IMG/VR virus record: IMGVR_UViG_3300037440_000315
Span: 36,871-100,870 of that record
Length of the DNA: 64,000 bases
Strand: one strand, 5' to 3'
Origin: a virus
Lineage: Duplodnaviria > Caudoviricetes
Positions 9,134-19,365 of the stretch are shown here, in pieces (the first letter of the stretch is position 1; the number at the start of each line of letters is the position of its first letter). A program made the translations under genes and the position numbers. Under the pieces are notes generated by a model that was not told the origin of the DNA, did not search any database, and worked only from the letters and a program-made list of their open reading frames with translations.

Positions 9134-10204
9134 TCAGGCGCTTTGACGCGCCCGAATCTTGAGTTGAGCTTCGATGAGTTCGAGTTCTCGTTTCTGAACC
9201 GCGTCGCTCTGATATTTCTGTGGATCGGTCTTGCGGAGACCACGGATTTTTTCGAGTTCGGCATCGACAGACTGTGTTCCGGCTCCGTCCTCGACAACGC
9301 TGGCGGCCGGGTTGATTTCGCCACGGATGGAATCGAGCCAGCGCAGCATGTCGGGATCGTTGCCGACCCTCTTGCCGTCGGCCATGCGGCCGCCCATCAG
9401 ACGGGCGAAAAGCCCATCCTCGTTCTTGACATCGACGCCGCCCGGCGCAGTTGCAAAGATCGAGCCGATCGCATTGGAGCGGCGCTTGAAGGCCGGGCCC
9501 CATTCTTCCTTGATCGCCGTCTCGGATTCGCGGCGGAACTCGTCGTCGGAATCATCCATCTCGGCGGCCGCCTGTTCCTGTCTGGCGAAATACCAGTTGG
9601 CGGCCTTGCTGACGAAATCCGGCGCCGACGCCGCGCCGTGGACCGCGCCGAGGAACTCGTTCAGGACCGGCTTGTCATCATCGCCGAGCACTGCGCCGTC
9701 CTTCAGAGCGATCTGCTCCAGCATTTCTTCCGGCTTCTCGGTCCAGCCGAGCGCCTTCTGGAAGGCTTTGACATCCTCGTCCTTGGCGTCCTTGCCGGGC
9801 ATTTTCACGAGACCGCCTGTATTCAGGCGGTTGTCCAATTCGCGATACATGCCGTAGACCCCGGACGGGTCGGTTATGCGCTTCAGGCGGGTCAGTTCTT
9901 TCTTGTAGAGCTTCTGGTCGCCTGCCGAGATATGCTCTGCGAGCTTTTCGCGCCAATCATCCGGCCAATACGGCTTGTGCTCGTCCGCCGCCTTGTCTTC
10001 CTTGGCCTTGGCTTCCGCCTCGGCATCGGCTCCGGTGGCGATGGTTTTGCCTTTGGGGTCAGCGTCTGTATCCTGCGGCTTGGCGTCTTTAGGCGGGTCG
10101 GACTTCCCGTCTTCCGCCGGCGCATCAGAAGCGCCATCGTCCGCATCAGGCACTAGCGCGAGGTCGTCTGCCGTGATTTCCTGCCTTGCTTCATCCGTCA
10201 TCAA
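9134..10204 (-). CDS. Capsid scaffolding protein
   Basis: Acidic low-complexity N-terminus with PDDWRE, KEEWG and GNDPD motifs; upstream of capsid. Confidence 0.75.
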   Translation of the reverse strand: MMTDEARQEITADDLALVPDADDGASDAPAEDGKSDPPKDAKPQDTDADPKGKTIATGADAEAEAKAKEDKAADEHKPYWPDDWREKLAEHISAGDQKLYKKELTRLKRITDPSGVYGMYRELDNRLNTGGLVKMPGKDAKDEDVKAFQKALGWTEKPEEMLEQIALKDGAVLGDDDKPVLNEFLGAVHGAASAPDFVSKAANWYFARQEQAAAEMDDSDDEFRRESETAIKEEWGPAFKRRSNAIGSIFATAPGGVDVKNEDGLFARLMGGRMADGKRVGNDPDMLRWLDSIRGEINPAASVVEDGAGTQSVDAELEKIRGLRKTDPQKYQSDAVQKRELELIEAQLKIRARQSA

Positions 10205-10383
10205 GCACCTTTTGACTTATCGCCAATGGCTTCCATGTCCGCCATCAGCTCTTTCTTGCACTGCATCGCCGCCTTCAAACGGGGCGAGTCCTTCTTGATC
10301 TTTTCCGCCTCGATGAGCGTGTGGAGATCAGCCTTGGCCATCATTTTCTTGTCGTCTGGCATCTTGCCGTAGGCTCCCGCCAT
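10201..10383 (-). CDS. Small hypothetical protein
   Basis: MAGAYGKMPDDKK...; AGGAG RBS; stop overlaps the scaffold start. Confidence 0.5.
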   Translation of the reverse strand: MAGAYGKMPDDKKMMAKADLHTLIEAEKIKKDSPRLKAAMQCKKELMADMEAIGDKSKGA

Positions 10384-10711
10384 CGGTATGCTCCTTGAAG
10401 TGTTCGGGTTTGAGCGTGAGAAGCTTGGTGATCTGCTGGCCGACCGAACGCCGACCATCGACGAACGCGGCAATCCGGCCTGATGGATCATTCGGCACGA
10501 ACGTCAGTTCGTATGTCTGTGCCGCCTTGTAGATGATCCAGTCCAGCGAGCGCTTGACATCTTCCGGGCCGGGAACGAGATGCTTGTATTTCGGATCGTC
10601 GGCGGCTTTGGCGTACAGCGCGAGCGATTGCAGCGCACGGATGTCCTTCTCGTCGTATAGAGCTGGTTGCCAGATTTCGCGCTTTGGAGCGCGCGAGGGC
10701 TTGTCTTTCAT
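10328..10711 (-). CDS. Bbp19-like head protein
   Basis: AFVDGRRSVGQQI motif; between portal and scaffold. Confidence 0.65.
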   Translation of the reverse strand: MKDKPSRAPKREIWQPALYDEKDIRALQSLALYAKAADDPKYKHLVPGPEDVKRSLDWIIYKAAQTYELTFVPNDPSGRIAAFVDGRRSVGQQITKLLTLKPEHFKEHTDGGSLRQDARRQENDGQG

Positions 10712-10822
10712 CTAATTCCTGATAATCTCCGCAGTTGGCGACACCTGCCAAGCAGCCTAGGTAATGCAAAGTGGTGTGACAGGGGCAGCGGGCGCTTCCG
10801 TGGGCGAGAGAGCCAGCCTCAG

Positions 10823-12478
10823 CTATTGCGCCATAGCCTGCTGAACATTCGCGCCGGCCGTCGCCACCGCATCAACGCCGCGTCCGGCCTGCTCGGCCAC
10901 GCCGCCGGCGGCAGCGATCTCTTCCATCACCTTCGCGGCCTGGGCTTCCTGCTCCATCTGCGCCCGGCGCTCCATGACGGCTTCCTTCGGCTTGAACCAG
11001 TCAGCCTTCCACCCCTTGGAGCGCATGGCGTCCCGAGTGGCCTTCTCCATGTCGACAACTTCGGCCAGAGACGGGTCCATCTGTACCGCCGGAGCCCAGA
11101 TCGTATCGCGGACGTCCAGATAGATATCCGCCTCGTTCTGCTCGGCCAGTTCATCGAGCGGCGAGCGGAACTTGAACTTGATGTCGTGTTCCTGCAAAGC
11201 TTCCGGCATCATGTCGATCGGGAACGCGCCTTCCGCCATCAGCAGGTTGAACACGCCGTCACACAGCGGATGCAGATATTCCTTCTGGATCGGCTTGGAA
11301 ATCGGCGAAGCCGCCCGGATATGCTCCTGGATGCGCCGACGGACTTCCGTTGCCGTCATCTGATGCGTGATTTCAGGAAGCTGGATCTTGTCGAGGAAGA
11401 ACGCGTTGCGAATATCTTCCTTCAGCGCGGTAGCGATCTCCATCCCGATCGGAAACCCGGTTGAGTTCTGGGTGATAGGACGCAGGACTTCGCCGAGACG
11501 CTCGTCATATTCGATGTCGGCGATCGTGATGCCGCCGGGATAGAGCGCAATGTCATTGCGGATCGCGTCGCCGATGGCGATCAGCGGCGGATTGACGTAG
11601 CTTTCGCCGGCCTCGCGCAACGTGCGCATGACGACCTGGATGGTGCGTCCGTCTGGAAGCGCGATATCCGTCACCATCGAGGTGCCGATCGCTGAATTAG
11701 CGGCAGGACGCCAGCGGGGAACTACAAAAGGAAAATAGTTTTGCCCCACTTCCTCAAGGACAGTCTGCGTGTCTCGCTCTACATAAAGCGAGACATAGGG
11801 GTAGCGTCTCCCCAGCTTTGATTTATAATCATAAAGGCGCGCGGGGAGGACAGCGCGTCGGCACGCGAATTCCTTTTCCGGTTCCTTTTCAAGCGCCTTT
11901 TCGACTTCCTTCGAAACCTTGTTCCCGAATTGCTGCTTTAGCTGCCTTGCGGTGGGATTCCAGTTCAGGTGAAAGCAATCAACCTTCCTGTTGGCATTTC
12001 TCGACCATGCGCTGTCCCACAATGGATGGTTCTGGAAGAGTAGTGACGTACCGTCCGAATCCTTCCCGAATTCAATGACGCCATTGCCGAAGGTCACGAA
12101 ATCACGGCTGGTTTCTCCCCTGGCTCCGATCAGATCAGCCACTGGGTCCGTCATCGCCCGCATCTGGATATCGGTGAGTAGTTCGAGAAAGCGGCGATTC
12201 TGATCGTCCTCATCCATATCTTCATCGTCGACATGGATCGAGAAGAACTCGTTCGGGAACAGGAACTCGTCCAGCATATTGCTGAGTTCGCGATGTGCGA
12301 GCACTGGATATGACGAATAAAGGTGTTGTGCGAACTCTTCCCCATCGCCACGCTTTTCGGTAAACTCAGCGCGCTCGGGATCGAAATTCAGCGCCAGCTC
12401 TTGCCACAGCTCATTGACATTGCCGCGGTTGAACTGACGATCCCCAATTTGGAGGACGTCTCTTGCTCTTTGATCCAT
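10823..12478 (-). CDS. Portal protein (head-tail connector)
   Basis: 551 aa; PFVVPRW, I..AFFLD, MTATEV..R and SPL motifs of T7/BPP-1-type connectors. Confidence 0.9.
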   Translation of the reverse strand: MDQRARDVLQIGDRQFNRGNVNELWQELALNFDPERAEFTEKRGDGEEFAQHLYSSYPVLAHRELSNMLDEFLFPNEFFSIHVDDEDMDEDDQNRRFLELLTDIQMRAMTDPVADLIGARGETSRDFVTFGNGVIEFGKDSDGTSLLFQNHPLWDSAWSRNANRKVDCFHLNWNPTARQLKQQFGNKVSKEVEKALEKEPEKEFACRRAVLPARLYDYKSKLGRRYPYVSLYVERDTQTVLEEVGQNYFPFVVPRWRPAANSAIGTSMVTDIALPDGRTIQVVMRTLREAGESYVNPPLIAIGDAIRNDIALYPGGITIADIEYDERLGEVLRPITQNSTGFPIGMEIATALKEDIRNAFFLDKIQLPEITHQMTATEVRRRIQEHIRAASPISKPIQKEYLHPLCDGVFNLLMAEGAFPIDMMPEALQEHDIKFKFRSPLDELAEQNEADIYLDVRDTIWAPAVQMDPSLAEVVDMEKATRDAMRSKGWKADWFKPKEAVMERRAQMEQEAQAAKVMEEIAAAGGVAEQAGRGVDAVATAGANVQQAMAQ

Positions 12479-12484
12479 GTGGAT

Positions 12485-12685
12485 TTAAGCGCCCAGCTTC
12501 TGCCCGCTGGAGCCGACGACGCTGCTGGTCTGGTCAGTCAGGATCGTGGACAGCCTGCCTTTGCGTTTGAGTGCGGATTCGCGTGTGCGGCGGGATGCTG
12601 CCTCGACGTCTGGATCGGTCGCCGTCGGCATGCGGACGGGTTTTGGTGGCTCCGGGGCTTTCGGGGATTTAAAGAGCGATGTCAA
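12485..12685 (-). CDS. Small virion-associated protein upstream of portal
   Basis: PKAP..P...GR.STILT...LG pattern typical of this position. Confidence 0.6.
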   Translation of the reverse strand: MTSLFKSPKAPEPPKPVRMPTATDPDVEAASRRTRESALKRKGRLSTILTDQTSSVVGSSGQKLGA

Positions 12686-12686
12686 T

Positions 12687-14252
12687 TCAGTGTCTCCTGC
12701 GGGTTTGAGATGTTATGACTTTCGGGGCGCGCTTCGCGGCGCGGGAAGCCTTGTGCAGTTCGCGCGTGATGACGGACTGGCCTTCGACAAGGCACATGAC
12801 GACAACGTCGCCTTTGCCTGTCGACCGCCCGAGGCGCTTGCGAATATCGTCCTTCGACTCGATCTGAATGCCTTGCGTCGTCAGTTTCCACTGCGGTGCG
12901 GCAAGATCAGCGCGAACTTCAGCGCCTGGCGGCAGCGCGATCACCGATCCGCCTTCCTGATCGGGATCAAGCTCTTCGCGCATGCGCCACCAGACTTCGG
13001 CGCGCTTGTTATAAAAGCCGAGCTTGCCGTCCTTCGTCTTCGCCTGCGTTTCCCTTGCGCCGTTGAAGCCGTGATGCCGGATACCATTGTCATCAAGACG
13101 GAGCGTCACAGCGCCGCCGTAGCCACCGCCAACATCGACGATTACCGGCGCATCAGCCCGGCGATGCGCTACGATGACGCCAGCGGCCCGTGAGCCGTCT
13201 TTTGTCTCGACGCCCTTGGCAGTCACCGGCTCGGCAAACCAGCCGCCATGACGCCAGATTAGCTCTTCAGCGTCGGATCCGCCGCCAGCCGGATCAAACG
13301 CCATTGCCGTCATCAGGAATTTCTGAAAGCCATCGGGTTTCCAGCGTTCCTGCGCGGCGAGTATCCAAGCCATCGGGATGACCTGAAACGGATTATCCTT
13401 GATCGCGGCGTCGAAACGTCCATCCTTGTAGGCAGCGCGCAGTTCAGCAGGCAATGCTGCAAGGACCGATGCGTAATTGGTCTCTGACAGATCAGGATTG
13501 TCCGCAAGCTCGGCTGGAATGAACGTGCGCGAGCGCGCCATGATCTGCTCGCCGTCGATCAGGTGCGGGCCCGGACCGTCAACTTCAGCATCCTCGCCGT
13601 TAATCGTCGTGAACCAGCGCAACTCGCCTGGCTTTGCGGGGTTTGGATGATGCGGATCGACCCACGGAGCCCAGTATTTGAGCACCCAAAGGCCTTCGGG
13701 ATCGGTCGGCGGATTTCCGGCGGCGACAACGCGGCACCGTTGTTTCTTGTCGCTCGACCGGTTCCAACCTATGATAAATCGGTACTGTGTTTCGGTGAAA
13801 TCCGAAATCTCATCGAAACCTAGAAAATCGTGCGGCGTCCCCTTGTAAGATTGCTTGTCGTCTTCATGCTGACATCCGCCGATATCGATGATTTTGCCGT
13901 CAGCAAATCGCCAGATCGACTTTTGCCCGTTCCAGCCCTCGCGATCGCCGATCACCTCTTCGTAGCGCTCGACCAGCTTGCCGGCTTCTTTGTTCGTGCG
14001 CCTGAGCACGAGAGAACGCTTATGCTGTGTAAGCGACAGCCCGACGATCATATCCGTCTTGCCGCCGCCTGCTTGGCCGCCGTAGAATAGCTCGTCAGCC
14101 TCGCTGTAGTAAGCCTTCGTTTGTGGGCCGGGGTTCGGCTGCCATACTTGACCAGCAAGTTCGCGTGCTGCCTGTTGCTTCAGGCGCGTGAGATCCTTTG
14201 GAGGAAGCTTGTTGACCCGCTCCAGTAACTCGTCCAACAATCCTGTTGACAT
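12687..14252 (-). CDS. terL: Terminase large subunit
   Basis: Walker A GGQAGGGKT, Walker B FDE, GNPP coupling motif, nuclease DPAGGGSD. Confidence 0.92.
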   Translation of the reverse strand: MSTGLLDELLERVNKLPPKDLTRLKQQAARELAGQVWQPNPGPQTKAYYSEADELFYGGQAGGGKTDMIVGLSLTQHKRSLVLRRTNKEAGKLVERYEEVIGDREGWNGQKSIWRFADGKIIDIGGCQHEDDKQSYKGTPHDFLGFDEISDFTETQYRFIIGWNRSSDKKQRCRVVAAGNPPTDPEGLWVLKYWAPWVDPHHPNPAKPGELRWFTTINGEDAEVDGPGPHLIDGEQIMARSRTFIPAELADNPDLSETNYASVLAALPAELRAAYKDGRFDAAIKDNPFQVIPMAWILAAQERWKPDGFQKFLMTAMAFDPAGGGSDAEELIWRHGGWFAEPVTAKGVETKDGSRAAGVIVAHRRADAPVIVDVGGGYGGAVTLRLDDNGIRHHGFNGARETQAKTKDGKLGFYNKRAEVWWRMREELDPDQEGGSVIALPPGAEVRADLAAPQWKLTTQGIQIESKDDIRKRLGRSTGKGDVVVMCLVEGQSVITRELHKASRAAKRAPKVITSQTRRRH

Positions 14253-14806
14253 TATTCGTCGGGCGAAGCCGCTTTTTCAAGCTTGTGAGCAAGCCAGCGG
14301 GCGAAGTCACGATCACTGACGTCAGAAACTTCAAGTGCGCCGCCGTCTTTGCCTGTCAGTTCGTTCTTGTCGGCAAGGCCGAGATCGCGCGATATTATAT
14401 TGGCGTTCAGAAGGTCGGCAGCCGCGCCGGCAAACTTCTGCGAATAGATGATCTCTTCGGTTCGCGTGATGACGCTAGATAAATCGGGTCGGCTCTTCTT
14501 CCACTCGTTCCATGTGACGGCTGTTACATCAAGAAAGATGCAAAGCCCGGCTGTAGTCATGGCACGCATTTTCGCGACGGGCTCATGTGTCGCTGATCCC
14601 TGAAACGTTACGAGCCGATCTTCCCAAAGCGGATGTTCTTCAACCCACTGGAAATACTCACAGCAGGCACGCCACAACTCTTCAGGCCCGGCGAACTTTG
14701 GATTTGGGCCAGCGCTTGATCTGGCTTCCCAAAAGCGGTTGCCCGGCAGGAAGCGGCCAGTCTTCTCGTCACGTCCGCTGCCGTCGTCAAGCTCAGGCAT
14801 TTGCAC
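14252..14806 (-). CDS. terS: Terminase small subunit (P22 gp3-like)
   Basis: EYF.W, AMT..GLC.FL and [20 protein letters not shown] motifs. Confidence 0.88.
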   Translation of the reverse strand: MQMPELDDGSGRDEKTGRFLPGNRFWEARSSAGPNPKFAGPEELWRACCEYFQWVEEHPLWEDRLVTFQGSATHEPVAKMRAMTTAGLCIFLDVTAVTWNEWKKSRPDLSSVITRTEEIIYSQKFAGAAADLLNANIISRDLGLADKNELTGKDGGALEVSDVSDRDFARWLAHKLEKAASPDE

Positions 14807-15104
14807 TCACACGCAGTTTGCGCATTCCTTCACGGGCACGCTGACGGTTGATGTCGGGATTGGCTTTGCGCCATTTGGCTTGATGTGTTGCGTTGCGTGT
14901 TAATAATAGCGGCTTCTCAGGGTGATTATTAACATTCGCTGTCATACATCCGCCGACCGAACCACCATAAATGACCTGCTTTGCAAAGCCCGGCATTGGC
15001 ACGCAGCGATGCATCCTGCCGACGAGATCCATATCGCGTCCGCAGTCAGGGCAGAACTTTTCCTGCTTTATGGTGAGGTTGGGCTTAGGAGTTGGCACGA
15101 GCAC
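14793..15104 (-). CDS. Hypothetical protein with CxxC
   Basis: ORF overlapping neighbours in the late operon. Confidence 0.45.
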   Translation of the reverse strand: MLVPTPKPNLTIKQEKFCPDCGRDMDLVGRMHRCVPMPGFAKQVIYGGSVGGCMTANVNNHPEKPLLLTRNATHQAKWRKANPDINRQRAREGMRKLRVSANA

Positions 15105-15891
15105 AAGTTCCGTAGATGATGGCGTCAGAGTGCAATACCGTGCACGGCGTTACAACAGCATTGCGATGCCAGATGACAGCCATGCACGGCATGAGCGTAT
15201 TATCGTATTTCCAGTTGATGCCCATAAACATCATGCTTTCGGTAGCGCTGGGCCAGCCGAAAGCACCGAGACACTCATCAGGATTGATTTCTCGTTCTGC
15301 CATTGCATGGTGGAGTCTGCTCAAAAGCTCGCTCTGGCTATCGGCCTGCACATCGATCTTTACTGTAACAATGGCGTTGCCGAATTTATCGGTTTTTTCG
15401 CCGGGGGCCGGCACTCTGCCGACTAGGAAATCACAGCTCGGATCGGTTTTCTCCGCAATCGTCAGACTTGGCGGATCGACAGAGTTTACCGCAAGATATT
15501 GCTTGGCGCGCTCGTAAGCCTCGTGAAAATGCCTCTCCGCTTGCAACACGCTGTAGGGCTTTCCGATAATGGTTGTCTTTGCTGCCTCGTCATCGATGTA
15601 TATAGTTCCCTCAGGCGTTATGTGCGGGTAAACGCGCTTCAGAACGGGGCCGAGATGCTCATCGTATTTGGCATCCGCCAAGGTAACGCAGAACATTGAA
15701 TCCTGATTTTCTTCCTGCTCAAAAACTTCTTTCATGGCGCGTAAGATCGGTGTTTCGCCAGCATATTCACACAACGCCATCTCGACTTCCCGCTCGATAT
15801 CTGATTTCAGAATGGCGGAGCCGCGGCAGAGTTCCATGCGGTCGAATATGCGAGCTGCGTATGTGGCAGCGATTTCCTTGATATCAGGCAT
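15085..15891 (-). CDS. Hypothetical protein
   Basis: Start moved to ATG 15891 (MPDIKE) with a GGAGGAG RBS. Confidence 0.55.
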   Translation of the reverse strand: MPDIKEIAATYAARIFDRMELCRGSAILKSDIEREVEMALCEYAGETPILRAMKEVFEQEENQDSMFCVTLADAKYDEHLGPVLKRVYPHITPEGTIYIDDEAAKTTIIGKPYSVLQAERHFHEAYERAKQYLAVNSVDPPSLTIAEKTDPSCDFLVGRVPAPGEKTDKFGNAIVTVKIDVQADSQSELLSRLHHAMAEREINPDECLGAFGWPSATESMMFMGINWKYDNTLMPCMAVIWHRNAVVTPCTVLHSDAIIYGTCARANS

Positions 15892-16111
15892 TGCGCTCCT
15901 CCATTCGAGCGAGGCCAAAACTTGGCCCTTGCTCCGTGGCCGCTGCGAATTCGATCTTGTCCATACGCAGTCTATGGATTTCGTCTTGCGCCGCCCATAG
16001 ACGGTCAAGCAGGCGCTCGTTGGCTTCACACATGCGAAGGACGACATTCGTCAGGATGTCATTTGCCTTGAACATGTCGGCAAGCTGGTCGTCCTTTGAG
16101 CGTTCAGTCAT
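15884..16111 (-). CDS. Hypothetical coiled-coil protein
   Basis: ATGA coupling with the upstream ORF. Confidence 0.5.
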   Translation of the reverse strand: MTERSKDDQLADMFKANDILTNVVLRMCEANERLLDRLWAAQDEIHRLRMDKIEFAAATEQGPSFGLARMEERNA

Positions 16112-16299
16112 GCGCCAGTTCCGAGTTGCTTGAGTTTGCTGTCACCCGTGCTCTCGCCATATGCACCGCCGGCAATCGTTGATGCGGCAGGCGATTTCTT
16201 CTTCGATTTGAACTGATCGGAGGCCATCCCTATCAATCCCTGAGGTTTGTTCACCATCGAGGCGATTCCCCCAGTTGGCAGGCTTGCTAAACCACTCAT
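16108..16299 (-). CDS. Small hypothetical protein
   Basis: MSGLASLPTGG...; translationally coupled to the next gene. Confidence 0.45.
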   Translation of the reverse strand: MSGLASLPTGGIASMVNKPQGLIGMASDQFKSKKKSPAASTIAGGAYGESTGDSKLKQLGTGA

Positions 16300-16339
16300 G
16301 CTGCGATCCTTTGAGACTTTATCTGGCGCCAATCTTCCC

Positions 16340-16666
16340 TTATTCTGTCGATGTCGCCAAGCGCGCGATGATATAATCATCCACCGCCCGATCAATCGGA
16401 TCTATGAATTTACTTGGCACATGATCACCAGAATACCCTAAGATCAGACCGCACATCGGAGCTTGGTTATTGATGTCACTCTCCAACGCAAGCACGAAAT
16501 CGGAGTCCCCATCATGCATTTGAGACTCAAGATCCTGAAAGAACTTCTCCAGTCGCTCTGACAGGCTGGGTTCGTGTCCAACCGACCAGCCAATGCCGTA
16601 CTGCTTTGCGATTGTTATCGTCTTGCCTGTAGGGCGATGTATTAGATACATGCGGTTATTGGCCAT
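16340..16666 (-). CDS. Hypothetical protein
   Basis: ORF in operon, overlapping the upstream stop. Confidence 0.55.
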   Translation of the reverse strand: MANNRMYLIHRPTGKTITIAKQYGIGWSVGHEPSLSERLEKFFQDLESQMHDGDSDFVLALESDINNQAPMCGLILGYSGDHVPSKFIDPIDRAVDDYIIARLATSTE

Positions 16667-17171
16667 TGATGAGCTTCCAATCCTGTTCGAGGCGGTGGAT
16701 GTCAGCTTCGTTCATGCCGTTGGTGATGAAGTCACGCCCCCATGACGGAGCCCACACATATTGTGGTTGTCTCGTCACCGGGACAACATCAATCCCAAGA
16801 GCGAGAGCGCAAGCAAGCCGGTGAGCGCCTCCGAGAAGCTCTCCATCAGGATCAATCGGAATGGCATGAGCGAGATCAAATCCCTTATTCACCATTGATA
16901 CTAGCAGATTTCGGCAGTCTGCAACATACTGGTCGCTGCCGGATTTACTGTCCATCCCCAGATTGATCTTTGCGTTGGCGGCCTTGCGAGCGGATAGATG
17001 CCAGCGGTAAATCCGTTCGCTGTCAGGATCATCCCCGGTGCACAAATGACGAAAGAACCGCCACTTCACTGCAATGTCGGCTCTACGCAGCGTGACGAGC
17101 TGTCTCGTCGGCAAATGTAAGTAGCTGCTTGCGGGATTCGTTTGGCGACTGGTGTTCAACATCGATCTCAA
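16656..17171 (-). CDS. ParB/sulfiredoxin-like N-terminal domain protein (true start probably downstream of 17171)
   Basis: IPIDPDGELLGGAHRLACALALG, a ParB/Srx G.HR motif. Confidence 0.6.
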   Translation of the reverse strand: MRSMLNTSRQTNPASSYLHLPTRQLVTLRRADIAVKWRFFRHLCTGDDPDSERIYRWHLSARKAANAKINLGMDSKSGSDQYVADCRNLLVSMVNKGFDLAHAIPIDPDGELLGGAHRLACALALGIDVVPVTRQPQYVWAPSWGRDFITNGMNEADIHRLEQDWKLINGQ

Positions 17172-17718
17172 TCATCGGGACGCCGCGAGCGGCGAGAACT
17201 TCCTTGGCGTATTCGATGGCCGGGATCATGGGGCCGATCTGAAAACAGCGATTTTCATGCTGAGTGGCCGCAACTTTCTCCCGCGCCTCGTTGCGCTCGA
17301 ATATCGTCGTCAGGCTGGCTTTCAGGAACGCAACGCCGAGCGAGACCGGCATAAGCTCGTAGTAACGTTTCGTCTCTCTCAGATCGGCTCCCATGTCTAC
17401 AAGACGCCAGCCGAAGCCCAAGCCGCGCTGGACAAAACCTGTCTGGATATAAGGCTTTGTGTCGTTGATCCGCGTGACGGTCGCCATTTTCTTCAGTGAG
17501 CGTTCGTTCATACGGATGACGGCTTGCAGCGTAGGCTGTCCGAAGCAGTTCTTGTGATCTTTCACCAACGAAACGAGCCGGTTGACTTCAGCGAGGAAGT
17601 CCTTCCATTCTTCCGGTGGCGGCAGGCCGTCCCAATCAGGCCATCGGTGATGATGGAAGTGGTCGCAGAGTGTGGACTTACCAGTGCCCGGTGGCGCGGC
17701 AACATCAAGCCAGTTCAC
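17083..17718 (-). CDS. P-loop (NMP-kinase-like) protein
   Basis: N-terminal Walker A APPGTGKST; LKAS..TI.ERN..R lid-like segment. Confidence 0.65.
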   Translation of the reverse strand: MNWLDVAAPPGTGKSTLCDHFHHHRWPDWDGLPPPEEWKDFLAEVNRLVSLVKDHKNCFGQPTLQAVIRMNERSLKKMATVTRINDTKPYIQTGFVQRGLGFGWRLVDMGADLRETKRYYELMPVSLGVAFLKASLTTIFERNEAREKVAATQHENRCFQIGPMIPAIEYAKEVLAARGVPMIEIDVEHQSPNESRKQLLTFADETARHAA

Positions 17719-17964
17719 CTAGCACTCCCACTCGACAGACATCGCCTCAGTACGCTTGAGGTCATCTCTTTCCTGGTAACATTTCAGAAAAACGATTTTA
17801 CCGTCCGGAGAGACCTTGTTCCGCAGGTTTTCCATTACCTTACGCATCATCAACGGAAGTTCGTCAAACGAGCCAACAGGGCCTGCGCCGCCGTTGTGTT
17901 TCCAAGCATCCAGCGTGCAACTTACTTTCCGACGAACTTTCTGGTCCATGTCACGCAGCCTCAT
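17719..17964 (-). CDS. Hypothetical protein
   Basis: ORF in operon. Confidence 0.45.
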   Translation of the reverse strand: MRLRDMDQKVRRKVSCTLDAWKHNGGAGPVGSFDELPLMMRKVMENLRNKVSPDGKIVFLKCYQERDDLKRTEAMSVEWEC

Positions 17965-18703
17965 ACGGGTCCATCACCCAAGCATCGTCAGACTTAGGCT
18001 GTGACACCTCGGCGGACTTGCGCTTGAAGAGAAATATGCGATAGGCTGGATCCTCGACCGGAGCTTCTGCCGGGCCGGACGCGCCGCACTCGCTGCGTTC
18101 GAGACGCCATTCCGGTGACATCACGGCTTCGAATAGTGCGAGGGGACGCGCGAATTGATGGTTGCAGACACGTGCCGTCAGAATGATGCGGTCGCGAGCA
18201 ATGCGCTGCATTTCCTTGAACATTTGCTGGCATTCTTCCGGGGACAGACCGCGAGTAATGCGAATGCATAGCGCAGCATCGACCGATTTATCCGGTATGC
18301 CTGACGACAGGAGGTCGGCTTTCGTGAAGGCAATCTGAGGAACGTCTTCTGTCCTGCCGTCATGCGTATCGAATTTCAGAACCGGCGTTCTGCCGTCAGT
18401 TTTCGCTGACGCCTTACGGATCATGTCTTCGCTGATGTCAAGTCCGCGGTAGACAAGGTGATGATCGAGGCAGTATTTGAGGAACCGGCCGGAGCCGCAA
18501 GGCGCATCAAGAACCCACGATCCTGGCGGCAGATCGACCAGCATGTTCTCAATGACTTGTTGCTCGACTGTCCATTTGGCTTGTCCGGCCCTCTTATCAT
18601 CGTAAAGATCAGCGACTTTGCCCTGATATTTGGTGCGCCAATCCGTGCCGCCGCCTTGCTGTGGCTGCTGGACTGGAGGGAGATACTGCATCTCGCCGAT
18701 CAT
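17951..18703 (-). CDS. Class I SAM-dependent methyltransferase
   Basis: VLDAPCGSGRF motif I, GLDISEDMI motif II. Confidence 0.85.
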   Translation of the reverse strand: MIGEMQYLPPVQQPQQGGGTDWRTKYQGKVADLYDDKRAGQAKWTVEQQVIENMLVDLPPGSWVLDAPCGSGRFLKYCLDHHLVYRGLDISEDMIRKASAKTDGRTPVLKFDTHDGRTEDVPQIAFTKADLLSSGIPDKSVDAALCIRITRGLSPEECQQMFKEMQRIARDRIILTARVCNHQFARPLALFEAVMSPEWRLERSECGASGPAEAPVEDPAYRIFLFKRKSAEVSQPKSDDAWVMDPYEAA

Positions 18704-19365
18704 GCTGCTTTCCTGCGAATGGGTTTAAACAAAGCTTCCTCCAATGGCCACCCGTTGTTCGCCATACGTTGTCGAACAATTTTGTATGGAACATTAGTTT
18801 CAGATCGCTCGACTGCTTCAGACAGCGGCATCTTGTGTCCACTGTATGTTACGATCCTGCAGGATCGCCTATTCAAAGCTTGCTCTTTGGGCGTTGCCCA
18901 GCGGCAATTGCCCGGCTCGTAATTACCGTTGTTGCTCTCACGGTCGATCGTATGCCCAGTTGGGGGATGCCCCATATCCTCAAGAAAGTTCTCATATTTG
19001 TTCCAGCGCTCACAAACTGTGATCCCACGACCACCATAGTCTGGATAATTGGAACTGTTTTCGTTCCGGCACCGTTGGTGCATAGCAGCCCAAACACGAT
19101 ATGCCCTTGATCTTCCTTTCTTCACTGAAGCTTGGCCGTGTTTCGTATGCTGCTCCGAAGAAAATTCGCGTCTATAACAACCACAACTTGTGCTTTTCCC
19201 AAGCTTTAACGGCTGACTTGTCTTGATGGTTTCCTGGCCACAATCACAGCGGCAAAGGTATTGCATCGACCTTTGGCCGCTCGGGTGATACTTAAAGCCT
19301 ACTTCTCGCAAAACGAGCAACCGCCCGAAGCGATCCCCAACTATATCGATACGGCATCCGCTCAT
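18700..19365 (-). CDS. HNH-type homing endonuclease
   Basis: G.RFGRL.V, C.CDCG, SCGC, YGGRGI.VCERW, TIDR..NNGNYEP.NCRWAT. Confidence 0.85.
   Translation of the reverse strand: MSGCRIDIVGDRFGRLLVLREVGFKYHPSGQRSMQYLCRCDCGQETIKTSQPLKLGKSTSCGCYRREFSSEQHTKHGQASVKKGRSRAYRVWAAMHQRCRNENSSNYPDYGGRGITVCERWNKYENFLEDMGHPPTGHTIDRESNNGNYEPGNCRWATPKEQALNRRSCRIVTYSGHKMPLSEAVERSETNVPYKIVRQRMANNGWPLEEALFKPIRRKAA

Noticed and set aside
1-16000. BPP-1-type diversity-generating retroelement, tail fibre or lysis cassette
   Set aside because: No reverse transcriptase, TR/VR pair, fibre, holin or endolysin recognised in the window; they may lie beyond the left edge.
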